In this document: positions 50,129 to 58,788 of the stretch, one piece after another
Layout: each line of letters opens with the position of its first letter
Position numbering within the stretch: position 1 is the first letter of the stretch
Source: Chitinivibrionales bacterium
GTDB lineage: Bacteria; Fibrobacterota; Chitinivibrionia; Chitinivibrionales; WJKA01
Assembly (NCBI GenBank): GCA_038247415.1
Contig: JBBRUX010000015.1
Location: forward strand, 1 to 64,000
Reading direction: 5' to 3'
DNA: 64,000 bases
The notes under the pieces: model-generated
The model's database searches: none
What the model was told of the DNA's origin: nothing
Seen by the model: only the letters and a program-made list of their open reading frames with translations
Program-made: the position numbers and the translations under genes

Positions 50129-50812
50129 GTGGATATTGTCAAGCTGAAATCACAAGGTCGCCAAGGCAGTGGCACTGGATATTGCCGCAAAGCACGTGTT
50201 CGTGGCTGGATTCCGGCAGTGTATTATGGTCATGGCGAACAGAGCAAAAACATCGAAGTTGAAGCCGCCGATTTCGCACGCCTTGTTCGCGCAAGAAAAA
50301 CTGCTCATCTTATCGATCTTTCGCTTGAAGGTGAAACCGATTCAGTTGCGGTCATCAAAGAAGTTCAAAAGCATGTGCTTATCGATGGTCATTACATCCA
50401 TTTGGATTTTCAGCATGTGAATATGAAAGAAAACGTAACCATGGCGGTACCGCTCGAAATGGTCGGTCTTTCTATTGGTGTTAAAGATTTTGGTGGCATT
50501 TTAGGGCATCCTATGAAAGAAATCCTTGTAGAATGTCTGCCTCTTAATATTCCCGAAAAAATCATTGTTGATGTATCTGCACTTAATGTTGGTGAATCTA
50601 TACATATTAAAGATTTAACTCCTCCTGCAAACGTAACATTCAAATCTTCTCCAGACGAAGTGGTGGCTGTTGTTACTCGTCCTGCAAAAGAAGAAGAAAA
50701 AGCAGTTGTTGCAGATGCCGCAGCCCCTGCTGCCGGTAAGGGAGACGACAAGAAAAAGGCTGATGCGGCTAAAAAGCCTGATGCAGCAAAAAAGCCAGAA
50801 GCAAAGAAGTAA
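50129..50812 (+). CDS. rplY: 50S ribosomal protein L25/Ctc
   Basis: GWIPAVYYG, KEVQKH..HLDF, long Ctc-type C-terminal domain. Confidence 0.95.
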   Translation: MDIVKLKSQGRQGSGTGYCRKARVRGWIPAVYYGHGEQSKNIEVEAADFARLVRARKTAHLIDLSLEGETDSVAVIKEVQKHVLIDGHYIHLDFQHVNMKENVTMAVPLEMVGLSIGVKDFGGILGHPMKEILVECLPLNIPEKIIVDVSALNVGESIHIKDLTPPANVTFKSSPDEVVAVVTRPAKEEEKAVVADAAAPAAGKGDDKKKADAAKKPDAAKKPEAKK

Positions 50813-50821
50813 TTTCGCCGT

Positions 50822-51448
50822 ATGGCGTTTCGCCGGTTCTTTGAACGACTCTTTGGATCTTTCGCTGGGCGAGAGAGCAAACCTATCGACTTTCTTGTTG
50901 TCGGCATAGGCAACATCGGATCTCGCTACGAAAAAACCCGCCATAATGTTGGTTTTTTTGTGGCAGATTTATTGTGGCAACGCATGGGCACACCACGAAA
51001 ACAACCTTTGAATCATGCCTTGGTGGCGTGTGGAGATTGTGCCGGAAAACATATTGCACTCGTATGGCCGCAAGAATTTGTTAACCGAAGTGGTGAAGCT
51101 GTTGCAGAGTTGGTTCAAAAGTTTTCGATTTCTAAAGAATCGGTTCTTGTACTTGTAGATGATTTTAGCTTGCCGGTTGGAGCGCTGCGGCTACGGGCAA
51201 AAGGTTCTGATGGTGGTCATAATGGTCTTAAGTCTATTATATCTGGCATTGGCGATCAATTCCCCCGTATTCGCATTGGCATAGGCCCGCTTCCTCCAGG
51301 TGCAAATGTAGTTGATTTTGTTCTTGGGGAATTTGCAGAAACAGAACAACCTGTTTTGCAGGCGGTGGTTAAGCGCGCAGCTGATGTTTGTGAAATGTGT
51401 TTAACAGAGGGCATTGCTAAAGCACTCAATGCTTATAATCGGGTTTAG
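50822..51448 (+). CDS. pth: Peptidyl-tRNA hydrolase
   Basis: VVGIGNIG..YEKTRHNVGF, GSDGGHNGLKS, RIRIGIG. Confidence 0.95.
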   Translation: MAFRRFFERLFGSFAGRESKPIDFLVVGIGNIGSRYEKTRHNVGFFVADLLWQRMGTPRKQPLNHALVACGDCAGKHIALVWPQEFVNRSGEAVAELVQKFSISKESVLVLVDDFSLPVGALRLRAKGSDGGHNGLKSIISGIGDQFPRIRIGIGPLPPGANVVDFVLGEFAETEQPVLQAVVKRAADVCEMCLTEGIAKALNAYNRV

Positions 51449-51510
51449 ATAGCATACTGTATAGTTTTGGTTTGCCGGGTTATCCGGGTAGTTCTTTTTT
51501 TCTTCATTAT

Positions 51511-51556
51511 AATCCTGTTCGGAACAAATGTTCCGGGCCATTCGACCAGAGGAGGT
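51511..51556 (+). promoter_or_regulatory. Putative S6:S18 ribosomal-protein leader RNA
   Basis: TCCTG can pair with CAGAGGA over the RBS; inner hairpin CGGAAC-aaat-GTTCCG; unpaired CCA (CCR motif); lies immediately upstream of rpsF. Confidence 0.65.
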
Positions 51557-51561
51557 TCTGC

Positions 51562-51936
51562 GTGATTAAGGCTTACGAAACCGCCGTCGTATTTGACGGC
51601 TCACTGCCCGATGATGTTCTTGCAGCTCAGCAGCAGAAAATCGAGCAGTTTCTTGCACAAAATGGAACATTCGAAAAAACAGATGTGTGGGGAAAGCAGC
51701 AGCTCGCCTACGAGCTTAAAGGTAAACGTTTAGGCTTTTACTGCATATTCCTTTATAAGGGTGAGAGCGGTACTTCCGATAAACTTGAACATGACTTCGA
51801 CTTGAATACCGCCATTCTTCGATTCTTGTCGCTTGTTCGCGATGAGTCTAAGGTAGTATTGCCATTCGATATTGATGCTTCAAAATTAGCGCAAGCGTCA
51901 CAGTCATCAATGGAAGGAGAAGACAGCGATGAATAG
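51562..51936 (+). CDS. rpsF: 30S ribosomal protein S6
   Basis: GTG after [29 protein letters not shown]. Confidence 0.93.
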   Translation: MIKAYETAVVFDGSLPDDVLAAQQQKIEQFLAQNGTFEKTDVWGKQQLAYELKGKRLGFYCIFLYKGESGTSDKLEHDFDLNTAILRFLSLVRDESKVVLPFDIDASKLAQASQSSMEGEDSDE

Positions 51937-52219
51937 CAGAGATAATCGTCATTCGTCACGTGGAGAAGGTCGGTCTGAAGGCCGTGGAAATAAAAGGTTT
52001 TCTCGTGCTCGCAAAACCTGCTGGTTTGATGAGGTTAAAGTTGAGCCCGATTATAAAAACCCTCGAATTCTTCGTCGGTTTGTAACTGAGCGTGGTAAAA
52101 TTCTACCTCGTCGCACAACTGCAACCTGTGCTTGTCACCAACGTGCTCTCGCTTTGGCAATCAAGCGTGCGCGTCATTTGGCCCTCTTGCCGTTTGTTGC
52201 AGAGAACGTAAATCGCTAA
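51929..52219 (+). CDS. rpsR: 30S ribosomal protein S18
   Basis: [35 protein letters not shown]. Confidence 0.96.
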   Translation: MNSRDNRHSSRGEGRSEGRGNKRFSRARKTCWFDEVKVEPDYKNPRILRRFVTERGKILPRRTTATCACHQRALALAIKRARHLALLPFVAENVNR

Positions 52220-52270
52220 TATTTGAATACTTATTAATCAGAAACCGTTTGTCAAGGAGTATCGATACTC

Positions 52271-52723
52271 ATGCAAGTCATCCTTAAAAAAGACCAAGAG
52301 AATCTCGGCGAAGCCCTCTCTGTGGTAAACGTCAAGGACGGATATGCGCGTAACTTTCTGTTTCCGCGTGGTATTGCAGTTCTGGCGACCGAAGGTAATA
52401 AGAAAGCCGTGGCTGAAGCACGAAAGTTAACTGAGAAGCGCGAAGAGAAGAAGCAGAAGGAAGCTCGTCAGATTGCCAAGAAAATCGAAGGTATTTCTTG
52501 CACTATACCTGTGAAGGTTGGTGAAGAGGATAAGCTTTTTGGTTCGGTTGGCAATGGCGAAATTGCAGAATTCCTTAAGAAGGAAGGGTTTGATATCGAT
52601 AAACGCGATATCGACCTCGAAGACCCGATCCGTAGTCTTGGTGTGTACACAGTTCCTGTTAAGTTGTACAAAGATGTTTTTGCCAAGCTTAAGGTGTGGG
52701 TAGTTAAAGAAACCGTTGCCTAA
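52271..52723 (+). CDS. rplI: 50S ribosomal protein L9
   Basis: MQVILKKD, VKDGYARNFLFP, KLFGSV, PIRSLGVY. Confidence 0.96.
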   Translation: MQVILKKDQENLGEALSVVNVKDGYARNFLFPRGIAVLATEGNKKAVAEARKLTEKREEKKQKEARQIAKKIEGISCTIPVKVGEEDKLFGSVGNGEIAEFLKKEGFDIDKRDIDLEDPIRSLGVYTVPVKLYKDVFAKLKVWVVKETVA

Positions 52724-52753
52724 GAGGCAGATCGCATAAAGCGCATGAGCGCA

Positions 52754-52787
52754 GCACAAGGGCGATCTAACAAGATCGCCCTTGTGC
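52754..52787. repeat. Perfect 15-bp inverted repeat
   Basis: GCACAAGGGCGATCT-aaca-AGATCGCCCTTGTGC; no U-tract immediately on either side. Confidence 0.85.
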
Positions 52788-52836
52788 CAGTTACCCCAAA
52801 AAAATACCACTTGTCAATTTTAGGCGTGGAGGCGTT

Positions 52837-53718
52837 ATGAATTTTAAAGGTTGTTATGTAGCAATTGTTACGCCGTTTACAGCAGATGGTGCTGTGGATG
52901 AAGCCGGACTACGAAGCAATATAGACTATCTGATCGCGCGCGGTGTTGCTGGTGTAGTTCCATGCGGAACAACCGGTGAATCGGCCACATTGTCGTGGGA
53001 AGAGCATAATCGAGTTGTTGATATTGCCATCGACCAGGTTAAAAAAAGAGTGCAGGTGATTGCTGGTGCGGGGTCCAATAATACACTCGAATCGATACGG
53101 GCTGCAACGCATGCACAGGAAGCAGGTGCCGATGCTATTCTGAGCATAACGCCGTACTATAATAAGCCCACGCAAGAAGGATTATATCAGCATTATAAAA
53201 CAGTTGCCGAAAAAGTAGACATTCCGATGGTACTTTATAATGTACCTGGCAGAACTGGTGTGAATCTCATGCCAGAAACCGTGGAACGGTTATGTTCGCT
53301 TAAATCGATAGTAGCAGTTAAAGAGGCCAGCGGTGATGTAACACAGGTCTCCGAAATTCATAGGCGTTGCGGTGAGCACCTGGCAGTTTTGTCGGGCGAC
53401 GATGCATTAACCCTGCCAATACTAGCCTGCGGTGGATGCGGCGTGATCTCGGTAGTGGCAAATCTTGTGCCTACCCCTATGGTTGATATGATCAATGCGT
53501 TTTTTGCTGGCGATATGGCACAAGCATTAGTGTTGCACGAACGATTGTTGACTTTGTCACGTACTATTTTTATCGAAACGAATCCGAGCCCCATTAAAGC
53601 CGCAATGGCGTTTGCAGGTTTAGCTGCTGGGCCTCTGCGTTTGCCGCTCGTGGGAATGGAAGAGGGCAATAAAAATAAACTCCTGGGCGTAGTGAGGGAG
53701 TCTGGTTTGCTATCGTAA
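52837..53718 (+). CDS. dapA: 4-hydroxy-tetrahydrodipicolinate synthase
   Basis: GTTGES, PYYNKP, LYNVPGRTG, VKEASG. Confidence 0.96.
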   Translation: MNFKGCYVAIVTPFTADGAVDEAGLRSNIDYLIARGVAGVVPCGTTGESATLSWEEHNRVVDIAIDQVKKRVQVIAGAGSNNTLESIRAATHAQEAGADAILSITPYYNKPTQEGLYQHYKTVAEKVDIPMVLYNVPGRTGVNLMPETVERLCSLKSIVAVKEASGDVTQVSEIHRRCGEHLAVLSGDDALTLPILACGGCGVISVVANLVPTPMVDMINAFFAGDMAQALVLHERLLTLSRTIFIETNPSPIKAAMAFAGLAAGPLRLPLVGMEEGNKNKLLGVVRESGLLS

Positions 53719-53769
53719 ATGTGCCATAGAGGGTTGTGCGGTATACCTTTCAGTATTCAAGGAGCATGT

Positions 53770-54579
53770 GTGAGCGTAACTATTGGTGTTGTGGGCGCTT
53801 TGGGGAGAATGGGTCGTGAGATTGGGACGGTGATACTTGACACTTCTAACGCTCGTCTTGCGTTGGGTTCCGAAATAGCCACACATGCTCTTATTGGTCA
53901 AGACTATGGAACTCTTCTTGGCCGTCAACCAATTGGTGTGCCGATTGTGGGAACGCTTGATCCCACAAAAATTGCTCATATGGTTGTCATATCATTTCCC
54001 ACTGCCGAAGCGGTGCAGGATGTGCTCGATGCCGTGGCAGCGCAACCAACTGCCCGATTGGTAATTGGCACAACGGGGCTCAAAGCTCCCATGGTACAAA
54101 AAATTCACGATCTGGCACGAACTAACCCTGTGGTGTATAGTCCGAATATGAGCCTTGGGGTTAATCTGCTTTTTCATATCACCGCACAGGTATCCAAAGC
54201 GCTTGCGCATCAGTTTGATGTCGAAATCATAGAAGCGCATCATCGTCTCAAGAAAGATGCCCCCAGCGGAACGGCTGTTAGACTTGGTGAGATTGTTGCT
54301 GCCGAGATAGGTAAATCGTACGACGAAGCTATACGACATGGGCGCGTGGGCATGGTTGGTGAAAGAACTTCTACCGAGGTCGGCATGCATGCTGTACGAG
54401 GTGGTGATATTGTTGGCGATCATACCGTTTTATTCGCTGGTGATGGCGAACGTCTGGAATTACGGCATATGGCGCACAGCCGTAAAACATTTGCCAAAGG
54501 GGCAGTTACTGCCGCGCTCTGGCTTGCAGATAAAAAACCTGGTCTTTACACCATGCATGATGTTTTAGGATTGGCATAA
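53770..54579 (+). CDS. dapB: 4-hydroxy-tetrahydrodipicolinate reductase
   Basis: GALGRMG, IGTTG, SPNMSLG, EAHHRLKKDAPSGTA. GTG start at 53770. Confidence 0.95.
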   Translation: MSVTIGVVGALGRMGREIGTVILDTSNARLALGSEIATHALIGQDYGTLLGRQPIGVPIVGTLDPTKIAHMVVISFPTAEAVQDVLDAVAAQPTARLVIGTTGLKAPMVQKIHDLARTNPVVYSPNMSLGVNLLFHITAQVSKALAHQFDVEIIEAHHRLKKDAPSGTAVRLGEIVAAEIGKSYDEAIRHGRVGMVGERTSTEVGMHAVRGGDIVGDHTVLFAGDGERLELRHMAHSRKTFAKGAVTAALWLADKKPGLYTMHDVLGLA

Positions 54580-54605
54580 CCATATCGATTGGAAGGTAGT
54601 GTGCA

Positions 54606-56009
54606 ATGAGAGAAATTCGTAACCTGATCTCTTGGGGCTCTTTTGCAATACTTGTATGGGCGATGCCAGTTGCGCTCGTAGCTGCACCCGATTCTACCAA
54701 TACTATGTTTAATCAAGGGCATCGCAGTGCTATGCGGTCGAATCCGCGTGAGGTGCCAATGCCTTTTACAGGCAAAGGTGCTCCCGATACTGCAAAACCT
54801 TCTGCCACGCCTACATTAACTCCGCTGCCAAAAATTTCGGAAGATGAAGACATTCTTATAGAAGAGGGCGCTGAAACGGCTGTTCCAACCCCAGAACAAA
54901 AAGCTGTACCCGACAGTTCGAGTGGTGTGGCCATTGAAGCAAAATCAGATTCTGTAAATCAGGTTGCACCGCCTCAAAATGTCTTGGTAGCTCCTGCGCT
55001 AAGCACGCCAGATACCGCCAAACCAGCTGCTCCTGCTGAACCCGTTGTGCCACTCGTAATAGAAAAACCTTCGTCTATTAATTTTGCAGAAAATCTGAAA
55101 GAATACCGAAATCCTAAAATTGCCATGCTGCTGTCGCTTCTTGTGCCAGGACTCGGGCAAGCGTATTCGAAACATTATGCCCGGGGAGCAATTTATTTTG
55201 GTGTCGAATTGGCTGGAATGGCAACAAGCTTTGCTTTTATAAATCGCGGAAATAAATACGATAAAGAAGCGAGAGCTTTCGCAGATGTACATTTTTCTTC
55301 TGTAAAATTTGATTCTGCATATACGACACTTCGTAATGCTTTAATCAACCGGACCAATAATGCGAAATATGTAGACACCCTTCTACAAATCCAATATGGA
55401 GGTTGGGATTCGACGGGGCCTGTGTATCGGGATACATTGCTGTATCTTGCTGGGCGCACCGATGAAATCAGCAAAAAATCGTATTATGCCATGCTCAATG
55501 ATGCCAATGGTGAAAAAAATATCTATAGTCAAGGATGGGATGATTGTACTCCAACCTTATTGAGTGATACGATAGCGAGTAAGCTTGGAAATGTTGCTGC
55601 AAAAAATAACGATCTTGTTTTTACAAAGGGCGATACAACGTATAAATTGTCAACAACAGATACGACTGCGAGTGAGGGCGTCCCCGCATTTTTGTTCACC
55701 CGTTTTATTAATAATGTTATTGTTTCTGATAAAAATGATGTCAATAAGTTTGGATTTTCATCGAATTACGATGAATTTCATTCGATTATGTCTAAAAAAG
55801 AAACTAAATATCGACTTGGAACCTATGTGCTGTATGGTTTGCTTGTCAATCATCTTATAAGCGCCATCGATGCAGGGATAATGGCCAAATCATATAATAG
55901 TCGCATGCTTGGCAAAGGATCTGTTTTAGATAGAATCAAGATTATGCCTCAATTATATGCTTCTGCGTGGGATGTGACTAGTGGAGTAACCCTCTGCCTA
56001 AGGTTTTAA
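54606..56009 (+). CDS. DUF5683-like exported/membrane protein with a Pro/Thr/Ala-rich N-terminus
   Basis: NPKIAMLLSLLVPGLGQAY; LLVNHLISAIDA; ends VTLCLRF. Confidence 0.7.
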   Translation: MREIRNLISWGSFAILVWAMPVALVAAPDSTNTMFNQGHRSAMRSNPREVPMPFTGKGAPDTAKPSATPTLTPLPKISEDEDILIEEGAETAVPTPEQKAVPDSSSGVAIEAKSDSVNQVAPPQNVLVAPALSTPDTAKPAAPAEPVVPLVIEKPSSINFAENLKEYRNPKIAMLLSLLVPGLGQAYSKHYARGAIYFGVELAGMATSFAFINRGNKYDKEARAFADVHFSSVKFDSAYTTLRNALINRTNNAKYVDTLLQIQYGGWDSTGPVYRDTLLYLAGRTDEISKKSYYAMLNDANGEKNIYSQGWDDCTPTLLSDTIASKLGNVAAKNNDLVFTKGDTTYKLSTTDTTASEGVPAFLFTRFINNVIVSDKNDVNKFGFSSNYDEFHSIMSKKETKYRLGTYVLYGLLVNHLISAIDAGIMAKSYNSRMLGKGSVLDRIKIMPQLYASAWDVTSGVTLCLRF

Positions 56010-56010
56010 C

Positions 56011-56706
56011 ATGTGCTATAAATCCTGGTTTTTTGCTTGCATTTTAATTGCTTTGGGTGCGTTGTCAAGCACAGCTCAAATTATTATCGAGTCTGAGCCA
56101 ACTACCGATAGTGTCAACCTGTTTGTTCCTCGTAAAGAATCTAAAATGCCCCAGATCTACGCTCTTGGCGGCTCTATTCTTTTGCCTGGTTTAGGGCATT
56201 ATTACATGGGCAAGCCAGAGCATGCTTTTGGCTATTTTATTACCGAAGCGGTTTCTATTGGAGCCATAGTATTTTGCAATCAATCGGCCAATGGCCTAGA
56301 GAACGATGCCCATGGCTATGCACAAACATGGGCTCACACATCCGGGGGACCTGGGGCTGATAAAGCATTTTGGACGCAGGTTGGGCGATATGGTTCAAGC
56401 GTTGAATACAATCGGATACCCGAGTATAACCGCGACGAAACCATGAAAAAATATACCGAAGATAATTTGCAGTGGAGTTGGGATGCCGATTCATTGCGCA
56501 AAGAATATGGGAAAATTATCGAACGCGCTACATCGTATCGAGTAGTATCAAATGTCTTTTTAGCTGCCATGGTACTCGATCGCGTAATTGCTTTTATCGA
56601 TGCGCGCTATGCCATAAATCGAGGCGCACTCTCAGCGCTTTCTGTTAAGCCAACGCTCGATCCTATCTCAGGCAGTGCTGGCCTTTCTTATTCTACCGAA
56701 TTCTAA
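56011..56706 (+). CDS. DUF5683-like membrane protein (paralog of the upstream gene)
   Basis: SILLPGLGHYYMG; VLDRVIAFIDA; ends LSYSTEF. Confidence 0.7.
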   Translation: MCYKSWFFACILIALGALSSTAQIIIESEPTTDSVNLFVPRKESKMPQIYALGGSILLPGLGHYYMGKPEHAFGYFITEAVSIGAIVFCNQSANGLENDAHGYAQTWAHTSGGPGADKAFWTQVGRYGSSVEYNRIPEYNRDETMKKYTEDNLQWSWDADSLRKEYGKIIERATSYRVVSNVFLAAMVLDRVIAFIDARYAINRGALSALSVKPTLDPISGSAGLSYSTEF

Positions 56707-56719
56707 CCAAGGAGGATCT

Positions 56720-57331
56720 ATGAAGACACTTGCACGAATACTGCTCGTGGCGATATCGCTTTCGAGTCTTTCTCTTGCTGCTCAAGGATCTGCGCCTATG
56801 GCTAATACAGCAGGATTTGGCGGAAAAATAGGGCTCGATATAGTTGATAATGAAGGAGCTGCATTTGGTTGGGGCGGACATTTTTTATACGGGATCGATT
56901 TACGAGGTGCGGGAACCTTGGCATTGTATCCTAATATCGAATTTTGGGTTAACCGCCATGAATATATCGATTATAATCCAAACCCAAATCGCTATTGGTA
57001 TACTACCCTCTTTGAGGCAAATATCAACTTTGACGCACGGTATTATTTCCCTTTACGAGCATCAATTCCTGTTAATCCTTTTGTGGGTTTGGGAATAGGA
57101 CCAAATATCGCAACGTGGCATCCCGATGCAGATTATAATAATTATTATAATAATAATTATGGCCAGTATCATGGGCCAACAAATACAGATGTTGGAATAT
57201 TATTCAGCATTTTTGGAGGTATCGACATTCCTGTAAGTAGCAACATTCGGCCTTTTTTCGAAATGCGGCTAAAAACTGGTGACTTTTATACCGTATTTAA
57301 AATGACCGCCGGGCTTACGTTTCTTTTGTAA
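56720..57331 (+). CDS. Small outer-membrane beta-barrel protein
   Basis: RBS AGGAGG; signal peptide; NFDARYYF, NPFVGLGIG, RPFFEMR, MTAGLTF strands. Confidence 0.75.
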   Translation: MKTLARILLVAISLSSLSLAAQGSAPMANTAGFGGKIGLDIVDNEGAAFGWGGHFLYGIDLRGAGTLALYPNIEFWVNRHEYIDYNPNPNRYWYTTLFEANINFDARYYFPLRASIPVNPFVGLGIGPNIATWHPDADYNNYYNNNYGQYHGPTNTDVGILFSIFGGIDIPVSSNIRPFFEMRLKTGDFYTVFKMTAGLTFLL

Positions 57332-57336
57332 ATTAG

Positions 57337-57687
57337 CTACAGGTAAAATGCGTTTTTAAGGTGGTCAATGTCATTGCCTGATACGGCAATGACATCAAAT
57401 CGGCAGCGAACTGAGGTAGACCCATGATCTATAAGGTATGCTTGTGCCATTCTTGACAATTGGGTTTGCTTGGCACGAGTAACCCAATAGAGTGGATTAC
57501 CCGCCTTTTTCCCCATCGCGCTTTTAACCTCTACGAATACAATAGATTGATCCTTTGGGTCGCTCGCGATACAATCTATTTCTCCAAATTTAGTTCGGTA
57601 ATTTCGTGATATAATAGTAAAGCCATTTTGAACCAGATGTTCAACGGCTTTTTCTTCGCCGTGGGCACCTTTTTGTCGGGTGTTCAT
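57337..57687 (-). CDS. yraN: YraN/UPF0102 PD-(D/E)XK endonuclease-like protein
   Basis: GAHGEEKA, RNYRTKFGEIDCI, VFVEVK, RFDVIAV. Confidence 0.92.
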   Translation of the reverse strand: MNTRQKGAHGEEKAVEHLVQNGFTIISRNYRTKFGEIDCIASDPKDQSIVFVEVKSAMGKKAGNPLYWVTRAKQTQLSRMAQAYLIDHGSTSVRCRFDVIAVSGNDIDHLKNAFYL

Positions 57688-58787
57688 GGCAGAATATGAG
57701 CCAGGTGCAAAAAGAGCACTGCGGTGAGACCGCAAATAAGTAAAAGGGAAAGCCACTGAGACCTAATAGTATCAATCCAAAATGAGAGGGTCAAGGGCGA
57801 ATCGTTTTCGAGGCGGTCATACATGCCTTTGCGAAAATCTCGCCTATCGCCATTTCTGCGATCGGTGATTCGCTTGTCTGCTGCGCGTTGCGCTGAGGAT
57901 TTTTTGCTCGGGATTGAAAACACTGCTGTTGCCCGACCTGTGGATTCATTTATGTCAACAGAATCGAGATGATCCAGCATTTCTTCTACCGTGGCATAGC
58001 GCTCAGATTTATCTTTTTTGAGTGCTTTAAGGATAATGAGTTCAAGACGTTTGGGTATATCCTTACGTTTGCTGGAGGGAGGAGGAGGCAATTCGTGAAC
58101 CTGTTTGTAAGCCACAGCAATAGGATTATCACCGGTAAAGGGGGGCATTTTGGTGATCATCTCGTACATGACAATGCCCAGGGAATAAATGTCTGTTTGC
58201 TGGTCGGGAGATTTGCCTTCGGCTTGCTCGGGCGACATATATTCTGGAGTGCCTACCGCAACACCGGTCATGGTGATGTTGACTTGCGAAAAGATTTTGG
58301 CGATACCAAAATCTGATAGTCGCGCTACTCCTTCGTTATCGAGCAAAATGTTTTGAGGCTTGATATCTCGATGGACAATGTTTTTTCCGTGTGCATACCG
58401 AAGTCCCCTGCAAATCTGTTTGGAAATGTCTATGACTTCGGTGTAGGACATGGGCTTTTTTTCTGCTATTTTTTTAGATAAATCGCATCCGTCAACATAC
58501 TGCATCGCAAAATAGCGATAATCTCCCTCGATGCCATATTCGTAGATATTGACAATATTATGATGCTGCAAGAGGGAAATTGCCCGCGCTTCTATTTCGA
58601 AGCGCTGCAAGGATTCTTCGTTGTTGTGGGATAATGGGAGCAAAACCTTAAGGGCTACAACACGGTCCAGAGATTCCTGAATCGCTTTGTAGATTACACC
58701 CATCCCTCCCATGCCCAAGGTGCTTTCTATACGGTAATTTCCAATACGTTCTGGAAGCCAATTTGCAGAGTTTGGGAGTTGTTTCAT
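57684..58787 (-). CDS. Hanks-type Ser/Thr protein kinase with a C-terminal TM
   Basis: LGMGGMG, VALK, HRDIKPQN, DFG, GTPEYMSPEQ, DIYSLG. Confidence 0.95.
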   Translation of the reverse strand: MKQLPNSANWLPERIGNYRIESTLGMGGMGVIYKAIQESLDRVVALKVLLPLSHNNEESLQRFEIEARAISLLQHHNIVNIYEYGIEGDYRYFAMQYVDGCDLSKKIAEKKPMSYTEVIDISKQICRGLRYAHGKNIVHRDIKPQNILLDNEGVARLSDFGIAKIFSQVNITMTGVAVGTPEYMSPEQAEGKSPDQQTDIYSLGIVMYEMITKMPPFTGDNPIAVAYKQVHELPPPPSSKRKDIPKRLELIILKALKKDKSERYATVEEMLDHLDSVDINESTGRATAVFSIPSKKSSAQRAADKRITDRRNGDRRDFRKGMYDRLENDSPLTLSFWIDTIRSQWLSLLLICGLTAVLFLHLAHILP

Positions 58788-58788
58788 A

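Noticed and set aside
57131..57160. AAT/TAT-rich tract encoding YNNYYNNNY as a phase-variable repeat
   Set aside because: Imperfect, in-frame trinucleotide low complexity in a likely surface loop; cannot switch frame.
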